Origin: Mustelus asterias
Lineage: Eukaryota
Direction of reading: 5' to 3'
Length of the DNA: 64,000 bases
Assembly: GCF_964213995.1 (NCBI RefSeq)
Contig: NW_027590138.1
Location: 682,001-746,000 of the forward strand
Under the pieces are notes generated by a model. It had not been told where the DNA came from, did no database searches, and worked only from the letters and a program-made list of their open reading frames with translations. This document shows, piece by piece, positions 26,521 through 39,910 of this stretch. Every line of letters starts with the position of its first letter. The stretch's first letter is position 1. Position numbers and translations under genes: made by a program.

Positions 26521-26856
26521 TTTAAGAAACAATGTACTCCATTTTTTTTGTTTTCTGTCTGTCCTTCCTAAACATCGAATGGCCCTCAATGTTTAGTTCC
26601 CATCCTTGCTAACCTTGGAGCCATGTCACCATAATGCCAAGTATATCATACATTTTGATATATTTCAAATGTTCACACACACACACACACAATCCGAGAC
26701 CAACACACATATACATACACAGCACATACACATTCAGAAAAACACACAAGATCTGAGAAAAGCAGACACAAGCAAACTCGCAAACGCATACACACATACA
26801 CACATACAGACACACGCACCTCTGAAAAACACACACACACACACAAACAGACAGAT

Positions 26857-27204
26857 GGGCGGCACGGTAGCGCAGTGGTTAGCACTGCTGCTTCACAGCT
26901 CCAGGGACCTGGGTTCGATTCCCGGCTTGGGTCACTGTCTGTGTGGAGTTTGCACATTCTCCACGTGTCTGCGTGGGTTTCCTCCGGGTGCTCCGGTTTC
27001 CTCCCACAGTCCAAAGATATGCGGGTTAGGTTAATTGGCCATGCTAAAAATTGCCCCTTAGTGTCCTGAGATGCGTCGGTTAGAGGGATTAGTGGGTAAA
27101 TATGTAGGGATGTGGGGGTAGGGCCTGGGTGGGATTGTGATCGGTGCAGACTCGATGGGCCGAATGGCCTCTTTCTGTACTGAAGGGTTTCTATGATTTC
27201 TATG
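26857..27204 (+). mobile_element. SINE (HE1/V-SINE type), full length
   Basis: GGGCGGCACGGTAGCGCAGTGGTTAGCACTGCTG...GGGTTCGATTCCCGGC head; tail GGGCCGAATGGCCT...TTTCTATGATTTCTATG. Confidence 0.9.
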
Positions 27205-27911
27205 AAACAGTCACGAGCACGCACACACATGATCTCACAAAAACCGATACAGGCAAACTCGCACACACAGGCCCATACACGGATATACTCGCTCAGACAA
27301 ACACACACACGCACACACATACTTTCTCTCTCTTTCAGACACGCAGACACGCTGTCAGACAAATACATGCACACACACACAGACAACCACACAGACACAA
27401 ACACACACACGCATTTAGACAAGTACAGAAAACATACACGCAAACACACAGGCAAATGCAGGCACACGTATTTCTTAGACGGACAGACACAGGACAACTC
27501 GCAAACACAGAGACACTCTCAGAAAAACACAGGCACACAGTCACAGACAAAGATACAATCACAAGAACACACTCAGACAAACACACTCAAGCAAACGCTT
27601 GCACACAGAAATATATAGAGAAAAACTCAGACAAACAGACAAAGAAAACATACACTCTCAGACATGCATGCACACACACAGACACACTCGCTGGCAAATA
27701 TACACACACAGACCCACACACAGCTGTACTATCAAACGAACACACAGGCACACACATACAAATTCACTCTGATGCAAACACACAGATACACACAATCTCT
27801 CACACAAAACACACACACTTAGAGACAAACACATAAGCACTCAGTCAGCACTCAGGCATACATACAATCACAGAAAAGCACATAGGCACCAACACACACA
27901 CACACAAACAC

Positions 27912-29581
27912 CCATAAGACCATAAGACCATAAGACATAGGAGCGGAAGTAAGGCCATTCGGCCCATCGAGTCCACTCCACCATTCAATCATGGTTGATT
28001 TCAACTCCATTTACCCGCTCTCTCCCCATAGCCCTTAATTCCTCGAGAAATCAAGAATTTATCAATTTCTGTCTTGAAGACGCTCAACGTCTCGGCCTCC
28101 ACAGCCCTCTGTGGCAATGAATTCCACAGACCCACCACTCTCTGGCTGAAGAAATTTCTCCTCATCTCTGTTCTAAAGTGACTCCCTTTTATTCTAAGGC
28201 TGTGCCCCCGCGTCCTAGTCTCCCCTGTTAATGGAAACAACTTCCCTACGTCCATCCTATCTAAGCCGTTCATTATCTTGTAAGTTTCTATCAGATCTCC
28301 CCTCAACCTCCTAAACTCCAATGAATATAATCCCACGATCCTCAGACGTTCATCGTATGTCAGGCCTACCATTCCTGGGATCATCCGTGTGAATCTCCGC
28401 TGGACCCGCTCCAGTGCCAGTATGTCCTTCCTGAGGTGTGGGGCCCAAAATTGCTCACAGTACTCCAAATGGGGCCTAACCAGTGCTTTATAAAGCCTCA
28501 GAAGTACATCCCTGCTTTTGTATTCCAAGCCTCTTGAGATAAATGACAACATTACATTTGCTTTCTTAATTACGGACTCAACCTGCAAGTTTACCTTTAG
28601 AGAATCCTGGACTAGGACTCCCAAGTCCCTTTGCACTTTAGCATTATGAATTTTGTCACCGTTTAGAAAATAGTCCATGCCTCTATTCTTTTTTCCAAAG
28701 TGTACGACCTCGCACTTGCCCACGTTGAATTTCATCAGCCACTTCTTGGACCACTCTCCTAAACTGTCTAAATCTTTCTGCAGCCTCCCCACCTCCTCAA
28801 TACTACCTGCCCCTCCACCTATCTTTGTATCATCGGCAAACTTGGCCAGAATGCTCCCAGTCCCGTCATCTAGATCGTTAATATATAAAGAGAACAGCTG
28901 TGGCCCCAACACTGAACCCTGCGGGACACCACTTGTCACCGGTTGCCATTCTGAGAAAGAACCTTTTATCCCAACTCTCTGCCTTCTGTCTGACAGCCAA
29001 TCGTCAATCCATGTTAGTACCTTGCCTCGAATACCATGGGCCCTTATTTTACTCAGCAGTCTCCCGTGAGGCACCTTGTCAAAGGCCTTTTGGAAGTCAA
29101 GATAGATAACATCCATTGGCTCTCCTTGGTCTAACCTATTTGTTATCTCTTCAAAGAACTCTAACAGGTTTGTCAGGCACGACCTCCCCTTACTAAATCC
29201 ATGCTGACTTGTCTTAATCCGACCCTGCACTTCCAAGAATTTAGAAATCTCATCCTTAACGATGGATTCTAGAATTTTGCCAACAACTGAGGTTAGGCTA
29301 ATTGGCCTATAATTTTCCATCTTTTTTCTTGTTCCCTTCTTGAACAGTGGGGTTACAACAGCGATTTTCCAATCCTCTGGGACTTTCCCTGACTCCAGTG
29401 ACTTTTGAAAGATCATAACTAACGCCTCCACTATTTCTTCAGCTATCTCCTTTAGAACTCTAGGATGTAGCCCATCTGGGCCCGGAGATTTATCAATTTT
29501 CAGACCTTTTAGTTTCTCTAGCACTTTCTCCTTTGTGATGGCAACCATATTCAACTCTGCCCCCTGACTTTCCTGAATTGG
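27912..29581 (-). mobile_element. CR1 LINE, 5'-truncated, with uninterrupted RT ORF
   Basis: ORF 28001-29584 carries all RT motifs; (CATAAGAC)n tail at 27912-27937. Confidence 0.95.
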
Positions 29582-31245
29582 CAAACACAGTCACGTACAC
29601 AGAAACACAGTCACGCACCCAGGCAAACACAGTCACGTACACAGAAACACACGCACACAGTCCAACATAGGCACACATATGATCTCAGTCAAGCAACATA
29701 GGCAAGGTTGTAAACTCACAGACCCACACTTTCAGCATAATACACACACATACACACACATGAACAGACAAGCAAACAGACACAAGCACACGCACACACA
29801 GACTCAGGAAACAACAGTCACGATCTCAGAGAAATAGACACAAGCAAAGTCGCACATACGGACACATACTAATAAATACTCAGACAAAAGCAAACACACA
29901 CACACTCTCAGATAAACACAGAGACAAACCAAAAAAAATCAAGATGGCGTCGGACCATAGCGACTTATTGCATGCTGTGCCCCGCATCTCTCTAATGCTA
30001 TCTTTTACTCTCGGTCTTTGCTTCTAAAACTCTATTCTAATTCTTTTGAAATCGATAACAATGTTTTAATTAAATTGACCTTTCTCTACCCCCTAGCTAT
30101 GACTGTAACATTACATTCTGCAATCTCTCCTTTCCTTCTCTATGTGCGTGTAATGCCGTGTTTTTGAAACCTACTTTTCCACTCACGTAATGAAGGAGCA
30201 GCGCTCCGAAAGCTCGTGATTCCAAATAAACCTTAACCTGGCGTTTTGAGCCTTCCTACTGTTCTCTATGTGCGGTATGGGTTTTTTGTACAGCGCGTTT
30301 TAAGTACAGAAACAATACTTTTCACTGTATACTAATACACATGACAATAATAAATCAAATACAACAAAATCAAAAACATATACTCTCAGAAGAACACACA
30401 GAGACACACACACACAGACATACACACTATTCCGGACAGTCTCACAAACACAGAGACAGACAGAGACCATAAAGTGTTGATGTCAATTTCAGTTTACTCA
30501 ACCTGCTGGGTAACGGAAGCAAACTTAAAACCGGTGTGTGGGTTTTATTGTGTGATGAGATAATGTATAAATGTATCACCATAGCCCAGGGTGGGGTTGT
30601 AGTTGATCATTTATCTGCTGTCTGTACTCCTGAACAAATGTCAAATTGGAGAGGTTATCAAGTTTGTGTTATAATGTAATGATGTGAAATATGTGGGAGA
30701 AGAATTGGTGTGATAAAGGGTGGAAAACAAACTGGGGAATGAGACTGAAGCTGCTGTGCAGACTGAATAGTTCTTGTTGTGTGAATGGAGGGACACATGT
30801 AGGGACGGATGGAGGGAGGAAGGGATGGACGGATCGAGGGACCGATCGAGGGAGGGAGCAATGGATGGAGGGATGGATGGGGGTGACCTGGGGGAAGTCA
30901 TTGGGCAGAGACTGTGCTTGCTGCTGTTTCCCCTCCTGGCGCCAGGGGTCACTGGGACACTCCCTGCAGCTGCTGCTGCTGCTCCTCACAATGTCACATC
31001 TTGGCCGTACCCTGGACCAGCTGCAGCTCTTTGGCGGAACATCAGGAGCCAGTGGTGGGGAAGGACTGGCCGTCCTACTCCAGTGACGTCACCACCAGCC
31101 CCGACACCCGCCGTTTGTTTTAAGAAAAAAAACGACTATTCAGAAATGGAGAAAGTGACTGAAATTCTGAACCAGACTGGCCACCGGGAGGTGATTTATA
31201 TGTAAATAAAAATACAATTATTAATTTAATATGAAAGATGCCGCG

Positions 31246-32237
31246 ACCAAAGCCATCCTAGACCTTAGGACGGTCGTGCTCGGCCCCGAAACTGCACGCA
31301 AACTTGAGACGGCGCAGGCGTGCGGTGGGATCCCGCCCGAGCGTTCCCCTGTTCGGGCGGAATTCCACATTGGCCCAAAACCTCAACCCCCCTCCCTGGG
31401 TGAGGTGCCCCACAGCCTGAGCCGCCTCGCGGAAATGCCCTCCGTGCCTTTTTCTACCGCGCGGAGGCGTTTCCTGTGCGGGCTGCTGCTGCACACCCTC
31501 CACTACCGCCTCCTCGCCTGTCGCCCGGATACACCTTGGCGGGCCTTGTTGCCGCCGGGTGGCGGAGGTCCCCGCTGGAGGTCCCTCTACGGAGGGATCT
31601 CCCCCAATTACGTCGGGGACCTGGGGTGGAGGGTGATGCATGCAGCAGTTCCGCACAACCGTAGGATTCACTGGTTCACGGGCTCCGAAGACTGCCCTTT
31701 CTGCGGCCTTGTGGAGTCCGTGGACCATGTCGATGTTGAGTGTCTTAGGCTGCACTCCCTTTATGTTTTCCTGAAGAACCTTTTATTGATGTTCTGTTTG
31801 CACTTCAGTCCCACGCTCCTGATCTACGGACACCCGGTGCGGAGAGGGGAGGGTCGGGATGGCGACCTCCTCGTGAACCTGCTCCTGGGCCTGGCGAAAC
31901 GCGCCATTTACCGGTCCAGGCAGCGGGCGATCGAGGGGGCCGTCCATCCTGACTGTCTTCCCCTCTACCGCGGCTACGTTCGCGGCCAGGTGTCCCTGGA
32001 GAGGGAGCATGCGGTGTCCACGGGCGAGGTTGACGCTTTCCGCGCCCGCTGGGCACCGCAGGGGTTGGGGTGCATTATTGACCCTAATAACCACATTTTA
32101 ATTTGATGTTTTTAAGTTTCCTTTGTATTTTGATTTCTGTTCGGGCTGTTCCCCCTCCTTTTTGGGGAGCTGCCCCTTTTACTTTGTCCTGATTTAATCT
32201 GAGTTTGTTTACTTGGTTTGATTTGACCTAAAAAGAG
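31246..32237 (+). mobile_element. Tx1/L1-clade LINE 3' end, copy 1
   Basis: GC-rich ORF with a C-terminal zinc knuckle (DLGWRVMH...CPFCGLVESVDH...C), T-rich 3'UTR, ends CCTAAAAAGAG. Confidence 0.85.
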
Positions 32238-32238
32238 G

Positions 32239-33125
32239 TCGGGCGGAATTCCACATTGGCCCAAAGCCTCAGCCCCCCTCCCTGGGTGAGGTGCCCCACA
32301 GCCTGAGCCGCCTCGCGGAAATGCCCTCCGTGCCTTTTTCTACCGCGCGGAGGCGTTTCCTGTGCGGGCTGCTGCTGCACACCTTCCACTACTGCCTCCT
32401 CGCCTGTCGCCCGGATACACCTTGGCGGGCCTTGTTGCCGCCGGGCGGCGGAGGTCCCCGCTGGAGGTCCCTCTACGGAGGGATCTCCCCCAATTACGTC
32501 GGGGACCTGGGGTGGAGGGTGATGCATGCAGCAGTTCCGCACAACCGTAGGGTTCACTGGTTCACGGGCTCCGAAGACTGCCCTTTCTGCGGCCTTGTGG
32601 AGTCCGTGGACCATGTCTATGTTGAGTGTCTTAGGCTGCACTCCCTTTATGTTTTCCTGAAGAACCTTTTATTGATGTTCTGTCTGCACTTCAGTCCCAC
32701 GCTCCTGATCTACGGACACCCGGTGCGGAGAGGGGAGGGTCGGGATGGCGACCTCCTCGTGAACCTGCTCCTGGGCCTGGCGAAACGCGCCATTTACCGG
32801 TCCAGGCAGCGGGCGATCGAGGGGGCCGTCCATCCTGACTGTCTTCCCCTCTACCGCGGCTACGTTCGCGGCCAGGTGTCCCTGGAGAGGGAGCATGCGG
32901 TGTCCACGGGCGAGGTTGACGCTTTCCGCGCCCGCTGGGCACGGCAGGGGTTGGGTGCATTATTGACCCCAATAATCACATTTTAATTTGATGTTTTTAA
33001 GTTTCCTTTGTACTTTGATTTCTGTTCGGGCTGTTCCCCCTCCTTTTTGGGGAGCTGCCCCTTTTACTTTGTCCTGATTTAATCTGAGTTTGTTTATTTG
33101 GTTTGGTTTGACCTAAAAAAAAGAG
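32239..33125 (+). mobile_element. Tx1/L1-clade LINE 3' end, copy 2 (tandem)
   Basis: Near-identical to 31353-32237. Confidence 0.85.
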
Positions 33126-33525
33126 GACAGAGGGTAGCGGTAGAGGGGTGATTTTCTGACTGGAAGGCTGTGACTAGCCATGATCCACAGGGATCAGTTC
33201 CGGAACCTTTGCTGTTCGTAGTATATGTAAATGATTTGGAGGAAAATGTAGCTGGTATAATTGTAAGTTCACAGACGACACAAAAATTTGTGGAGTTGCG
33301 GAGAGTGAAGAGGATTGTCAGAGGATACAGCTACAGCAAAAGATAAACCGGTTGGAGACTGGGGCGGAAAAATGGCAGATGGAGTTTATTCTGGACAAGT
33401 GTGAGATAATGCATTTTGGAAGGTCCAATGCATGTCGGGATTATATAGGAAAGATAGAACCCGTCGGAGTATTGATAAGCAGAGAGATCTCGACGTACAT
33501 ATCCACCGATCACTGATAACATCAA
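33126..33525 (+). mobile_element. Decayed CR1 RT fragment
   Basis: Similar to 16420-16820. Confidence 0.7.
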
Positions 33526-34108
33526 AGGACAGTGGCTGAATGACAGACTCTCCAAGGTTCAAACCCGAAAAAAAGAAATAAGACGGTAGTGGGTTTAAAT
33601 TTGTGATTCAAACCATGCTTGCGAACAGAGAGAAAATGTGCGACATGTTTTGTCCACAATTCCCAGTCTGGTGAGGTGACTGCGAGTAAATGGAAGAACA
33701 CTGAACTGGGATATAATTAATGTCCTTATCGGGGCAAGGTGTCCTTTGGTGTTATTCACATCAGAAGAAAATCCTGATCTAGTTATGGTAAGGCAGAGAT
33801 TCTGGTCCGTAAAAGGTGTCAGGAAACAACAAAGCTCGAAAATTACGCTCGAAATGACAGTGGCATTGTGGGGAAATTCAGTAATATTCGCAAAAAAGCA
33901 TTCACAAAGCACGCTGTGTACCGACTGTGATCAAATGGACCGAGAAACGGAAAGGGGAGATGGGAAAGGGCTGACCAATAATTGATACAGACTAGGAAAT
34001 AACACCAAAGACAAATTGTCAGCTGACGCACCACGAACTCACTTTGGTGAGTGCCTTCGCTCGGAATTATAATACATTTCTGTTACTCTCACTGTTTTTC
34101 GGGTGAGC

Positions 34109-34122
34109 GCGCCCTCTGCTGA
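34109..34122 (-). promoter_or_regulatory. CTCF-type motif 3' of V RSS
   Basis: TCAGCAGAGGGCGC on the minus strand, 25 bp beyond the nonamer. Confidence 0.6.
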
Positions 34123-34147
34123 TCACGAACTGGAACTATCAGTGCGG

Positions 34148-34432
34148 TGCTTTTGTCCGGGATCCGCTCTATCTCTGCAGCAGAAACACAAGGCGGTATC
34201 GGAGAGAAGCGTCCTGGTGACATTTGAGGAACAGTGTTCCTTTGTACAAAGTAGGCAATATTTTTCCACATCCTCCGGGCTATAAATCCTCATTAAATAT
34301 CTCGGAGTTTCGCTGGGATACAGGAACAGAGTAGGGAGAGTAGCTGTCGAGTATTTACAATCCAGCATTATGCTCTGTGCTTGGAGAACGCTTAATTCAG
34401 ATTGATCATTGGACACAGAATCATCACTATTT
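34148..34432 (-). pseudogene. TCR alpha/delta V pseudogene (same family as the V at 52.6-53.2 kb)
   Basis: Minus strand reads NSDDSVSNDQSELSVLQAQSIMLDCKYSTATLPTLFLYPSETPRYLM...TLLSDTALCFC. WY motif and part of FR3 are deleted, the heptamer is missing, and spacer plus nonamer ACAAAAGCA (34148-34156) remain. Confidence 0.85.
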
Positions 34433-35519
34433 CTGCAACAAAACACAGAATGTATCAAATATCTGCGAGTGAAAATAACACTTGGAACAAATATTCCCCA
34501 TTTTTTAGTTCGTATATGTCTGTTTTGCTGCAGCTGTTTCTCTGATTGTATCTTCCTCTAAATCTATTCCTCATTCATTCATTTATATCACCGGTTCTTG
34601 CTCTGCTTAACTCCAGGTCTCGACTCCAATTCCAATTATTCAATCCCTCTTGTTTTCTTCCCATATCTCCACCTACATTTCTCCCTTGTCTCTCCCTTAC
34701 AGGTTTCAATAACAGATATCCCGCATAATGGACCATCAGCTGGTGCTCAGGTCCATCGTAATATTTTGATACTTTGAAAAAATTCCAGTAGTCATTTTAC
34801 ATTCCACTCCATGGAAGTACTCCAGAATGTGATGCATGTTGCTGTTGTTAGGAGTGAGATTAATCAACAACTTGCAGCCAATGCACATAGTACAAATCAT
34901 GTATATCCAACGCCCAACATATCGACAGACATATCAAACACTCCCGCATTAATATCAAATATTAATTTCCACACCAAATGCCGTTATTAGTCATTTCCTT
35001 GGATATAATGAAACACAGGAGGAATTGCAACCGACAGGAATGTTCTCGGTGCCAATATGAAATAATGCATGTCTATGTGTACATATGATAGGGGAGATCT
35101 GAAATAAAAACAGAAAATTGCTGGAAAGACTCTGTGGAGAGAGAAACTGAGCTAAACATTTGCGACTTTGAAACTCCGAGTTGGCTGAGCAAAGGAGATA
35201 ATTCTGCCTTTTACTGTAAAGGATATATGAAAATTCTGTCCCAAGGCAACTAATCGAAAACCATACATCAGTGTTGCATTTCTACTTTGTCCTCGGTGAC
35301 GATATGAAAGATATTTACCATGGAAGTAATATATATGATTACGTATTCCATTAAACCTCCATTGACGTCATTCTCCTTTAATATTCTGGATCGAGAGAAT
35401 GCCGAAACCAGGAAACGGCAATTAGTGGAATTGCAGCTTCCCGTTTTGATTTTAAGTGAGCAATTTTTGAAGGAGAGTGTTGACCATAAAAAACAACTTT
35501 CTTTTGCATGGACAATTAT

Positions 35520-35812
35520 CGGTGGAGTATCTGCGATCTCTCAATCACAGCAGATATTAACACAAAAGAGACAATCGATTGAAATCCAATGAAATACAAT
35601 CACCTGATGCCCTGAGAGCATCCGCTCGTTCAGCCTGCAACAGAACCGTGGCCTGAAATTTGTCATTTCATCTGTTAGCAGAAACACCACAGACTCTTCA
35701 AACTCTTCATTCACTCAACAAGACGTTTGACCAGTCCTAATGGAGACAGCACATCGGTATCAGGCGCTGGGGTGTGTTACTGTGTCAGTGAGTCACTGAG
35801 ACACAAAACCCG
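35520..35812 (+). pseudogene. Highly degenerate V-segment relic
   Basis: ISQSQQILTQKRQSIEIQ* resembles FR1 with Cys->TGA. SVSGAGVCYC resembles DxGVYYC and is followed by nonamer-like ACAAAACCC at ~35803. A TGACGTCA lies upstream at 35363. Confidence 0.4.
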
Positions 35813-36769
35813 CACGTCGCAGATAAACTATCCAGTTATATCCCGAGGTGATGAGAAGCTTTTTTTATTGGTCGTGGTTCATCCTGAGCAACTCCGTGAC
35901 GAAGGACTCTGTGCTCTACGGGCTGTTCCCAGGGACAAACCGAGACAAGCACCAATTGCTGTTGGAGAATTTTCAACTGGGTAAAATACACCATTTGCCT
36001 TCCCGAAACCAGTTGATCTTCATGTGCAAAGAATTGTCCTCGATCGAGTGTTGCAGACAACACATTCCAGGCCACAGGGCTACCGATTGAGGGACGCACT
36101 AAACCTTGGGGCTGTTGCTGCAAAGGCGCAATGAGGAAAACTGCGATCTTTCGGCCATTGTGATCTGAGGGGAGCAGAACTCTATATGAACGCCCCGTGC
36201 TGTTGGACTCACATTGAATGAATGCAGTGAATATTACACGTCTCGCAATTCTACTGAAGCACCTGAGAGTGTAACTTGTTCAATGTAGACAACCTAAATA
36301 ACATCGCCCCTCCTGTATTGACGATCTTGAAATATGTATTATGTTCCATTGATTGCACTGAAGCTCTTCAATGTGCAACATTATCTTTGCAGAAAACTTC
36401 AGTATCACTGCACTTTCTGAAATGACCATTTTGCAACGTTCTGTAATGTTTCATTGAATGCGTTGAAGCGCGTCAGAGTGCAAAATTATCTGTGTCCGAA
36501 ACCTAAACGTTATTGCACTTTCTGTAAAAACCGTTCTGAAAAATTCTGTAATATTCCTTTAATTATACACAGAGTGCAACAGCTTCATTGTCGAAAGCTT
36601 GAATGTTATTGCACTTGCTGTTATGGCCATTTTGAAGTATTTTGTAATGTTCTTTCAGATACTTTATGAATAAGTTTTCTTTTGGAAAAAAGCACAACGT
36701 CCCAGTTTGCGAGTTCACAATCCTCACAGCTGTCACTGCTCCCTTCAGTAAGTTGACTACATTGTGAAC

Positions 36770-38612
36770 TACTGGTGAATACAAAGAGCTTCTACAAATA
36801 CATAAAAGGCAAAAGAGTAACAAGGAAGAGAGTAGGGTCTGTTAAGGATCAACTAGGTCATCGATGTGCGGATCCACAACAGCTGGGTCAGATCCTAAAT
36901 GAATATTTCTTATAAGTATTTATTGTTGAGAAAAGCATAGATGTTCGGGGCCTTGGGGAAATAAATAGTGATGTCTTGAGGAGTGCACATATTACTGAGA
37001 AGGAGGTGTTGGAAGTCTTAAAGCGCATCAAGGTGGATAAATCCCCGGGATCTGATGAAATGTATCCCAGGACATTGTAGGAGGCTAGGGAGAAAATTGC
37101 GAGTCCCCCAGCAGAGATATTTGAATCATCGACAGTCACAGGTGAGGTGCCTGAAGATTTGAGGGAGACAAATGTTGTGCCTTTGTTTTAAAAGGGCTGC
37201 AGGGAAAAGCCTGGGAACTACAGGCCAGTGAGCCTCATACCTGTGGGGGGTAAGCTGTAAGGGATTTTGAGAGGCAAGATCTGCAGGAATTTAGAGACGC
37301 AGGAACTGATTAGGGACATTCAGCATGGCTTTGTGAGTGGAAAATCATGTCTCACAAACTTGATGGAGCCTTTTGAAGGGGTAACCAAGAAGATAGATGA
37401 GGGCAGTGCAGGTGATGTTGTCTACATGGACTTTAGCAAGGCTTTTCACAAGGTACCGCATGGCAGGTTGTTGCATAAGGTTAAATCTCATGGGATCCAG
37501 GGCGACGTAGCTAAATGGATACAAAATTGGGTTGATGACACAAGCCAGAGGGTAATTGCCGAGGGTTGTTTTTCAAACTGGAGGCCTGTGACCAGAGGTT
37601 TGCCTTCGGGATCAGTACTGGGTCCGCTGTTATTTGTCATTTATATTAATGATTTGGATGAGAATATAGGAGGCATGGTTAGTAAGTTTCCAGATGACAC
37701 CAAGATTGGTAGCATAGTGGACAGTGAAGAAGGTTTTCTTGGACTGCAACGGGATCTTGATCAATTGACCAGTGGGCTGACGAATGGCAGATGGAGTTTA
37801 ATTTAGATAAATGCGAGGTGATGCATTTTGGTAGATTGAACCAGGGCAGGACTTACTTAGTTAATGGTAGGGCGTTGGGGAGAGTTACAGAACAAAGACA
37901 TCTAGGGGTACATGTTCATCGCTCCTTGAAAGTGGAGTCACAGGTGGACAGAGTGGTGAAGAAGGCATTCAGAATGGTTGTTTTCTTTGGTTAGAGCATT
38001 GAATACAGTAGTTAGGACGTCTTTTTGAAGTTGTACAAGACATTGGTAAGGCCACACTTGGAATACTGTGTACATTTCTGGTCACCCTATTATAGAAAGG
38101 ATATTATTAAACTAGAAAGAGTGGAGACAATATTTACTAGGATGCTACCGGGACTTGATGGTTTGAGTTGTAAGGGGAGGCTGGATAGACTGGGACTTTT
38201 TTTCTCTAGAGCGTCGAAGGCTGAGGGGTGATCTTACATAGGTCTATAAAATAATGAGGGGTAGATCAGCTAGATAGTCAATATCTTTTCCCAATGGTGG
38301 GGGAGTCTAAAGCTAGAGGCATAGGTTTAAGGTGAGAGGGAGACGTACAAAAGTGTCCGGAGGGGCAATTTTTTCACACAGAGGGTGGTGAGTGTCTGGA
38401 ACAAGCTGCCAGAGGTATTAGTAGACGCGGGTACAATTTTGTCTTTTGAAAAGCATTTAGAAAGTTACATGGGTCTGATGGGTATAGAGGGATATGAGCC
38501 AAATGCGGGCAATTGGGACTAGCTTCAGGGTTTGAAAAAAAGGGCAGCATGGACAAGTTGGGTCAAAGGGCCTGTTTCCATGTTGTAAACCTCTATGACT
38601 CTATGACTCTAT
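36770..38612 (+). mobile_element. CR1 LINE, decayed
   Basis: RT fragments with stops and frameshifts; (CTCTATGA)n tail. Confidence 0.9.
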
Positions 38613-38934
38613 GGTGCTATCCATTCCTCAGGAAAATGGTTACTCGGGCCGGCTGAAGCATGTTAGCATTTTACTGCTCTTTATTTCTATGCATTTTGTT
38701 AACCTTGAGCTCTTGATTGTTGTGCGGGAAAGGTTAATCCAAATTAATATCATCACCGTGATATTGAGCCAGGTCTGCACCGACAGCAGTTATTTGTTCA
38801 GTCACTTCAGTTGCAGACGGAGATCTGTACACCGTACAGACAAGGAGGAGTCTGTTGACCTATTGTGCCTGTGCCAGGACTTCGCAGGGGCTATCCAAAT
38901 AAGTCCACATCCCTGCTCTTTACAAAGAGTCCTG

Positions 38935-39340
38935 AAAGAAACTTGGTCCATCACGCAAACCAGCCTCCCATCCATTGACTCTGTCTACACTTCCCGCTGC
39001 CTCAGAAAAGCGCCCGGCATAATCAAGGACCCCACGCACACCGGGCATACGCTTCTCCACCTTATTCCGTTGGGAAAAAGAAACGGATGTCTGAGGTCAC
39101 GTACCAACCGACTCAAGGACAGCTTCTTCCCTGCTACCATCGGACTTTTAAATAGATCTACCACACATTAAGCTGTTATTTCTCTACACCCTGGTTTTAT
39201 TTGTAACACTGCATCCTGCACCCTCTCCTGTCCTTCTCCCCTATGTTCTCTATGTATGGTAAGCTTTGTCTGTATAGCATGCAAGAAACAATACTTTCCA
39301 CTGTATACCAGTGTATGTGAAAATGCTAAATCAAATTTAT
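38935..39340 (+). mobile_element. Rex1/Babar-like LINE 3' fragment
   Basis: IIKDPTHTGH...RTNRLKDSFFP; matches 47300-48110. Confidence 0.75.
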
Positions 39341-39811
39341 CCAAACCCAAGACAATTCCTCCTTTACATCTTTTGAAACAATATTCAGTTATTTCGTTCA
39401 GAAAAACAATGAGAGAAATAAAACCTGAAATAGAGGCATGCATTCTAATGAACATTTTCTAAAATTTTATACTGTTGACGGATTGCGATATTAAGAATGC
39501 TGAAAATTTATTGTACTGAGCTGGTGCTCCCAGTTTGTCTGATTCTAGGAGCAGCGCTCCGGAAGCTTGTGCTACCAAATAAACCTGTTGGACTTTAACC
39601 TGGTGTTGTGAGAGTTCTTACTGTCATGAATTAGAGCAGAAAGGAGCTCTCAGCTAATTGGATGAATCCAGAGCAAAGAGCCCAGGAGCTTATTGGATAT
39701 CAGCTGATGACGCTGCCAGGAATAAACCAATTTGTAGATTGTGGTATCCAATCAGCTCTTTATTCTCTAATCAGTGCTCTCCACTCTTCCGACCATAGGT
39801 TCTGTAGGGTG

Positions 39812-39836
39812 TGACGTCAGATCAGCCACAGCCAAT
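39812..39836 (+). promoter_or_regulatory. V promoter: CRE plus CCAAT
   Basis: TGACGTCA 39812-39819 and CCAAT ~39832, about 80-100 bp upstream of the leader ATG. CRE-like elements are established features of TCR V promoters. Confidence 0.55.
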
Positions 39837-39910
39837 GCTCTCAGCTTTATCTTGTTCAACCTTCTGCAGCTTTTGGAGAAACAAGTCCCTGGAATCCAGG
39901 AGCAGCAGCA

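Noticed and set aside
23784-27840. Many Cys/Val- or His/Thr-rich ORFs, including the 274-aa ORF at 26673-27497
   Set aside because: Translations of CA/TG microsatellite and SINE sequence.
31010-31060. DQLQLFGGTSG as a J segment
   Set aside because: No FGXG, no upstream 12-RSS and no splice donor.
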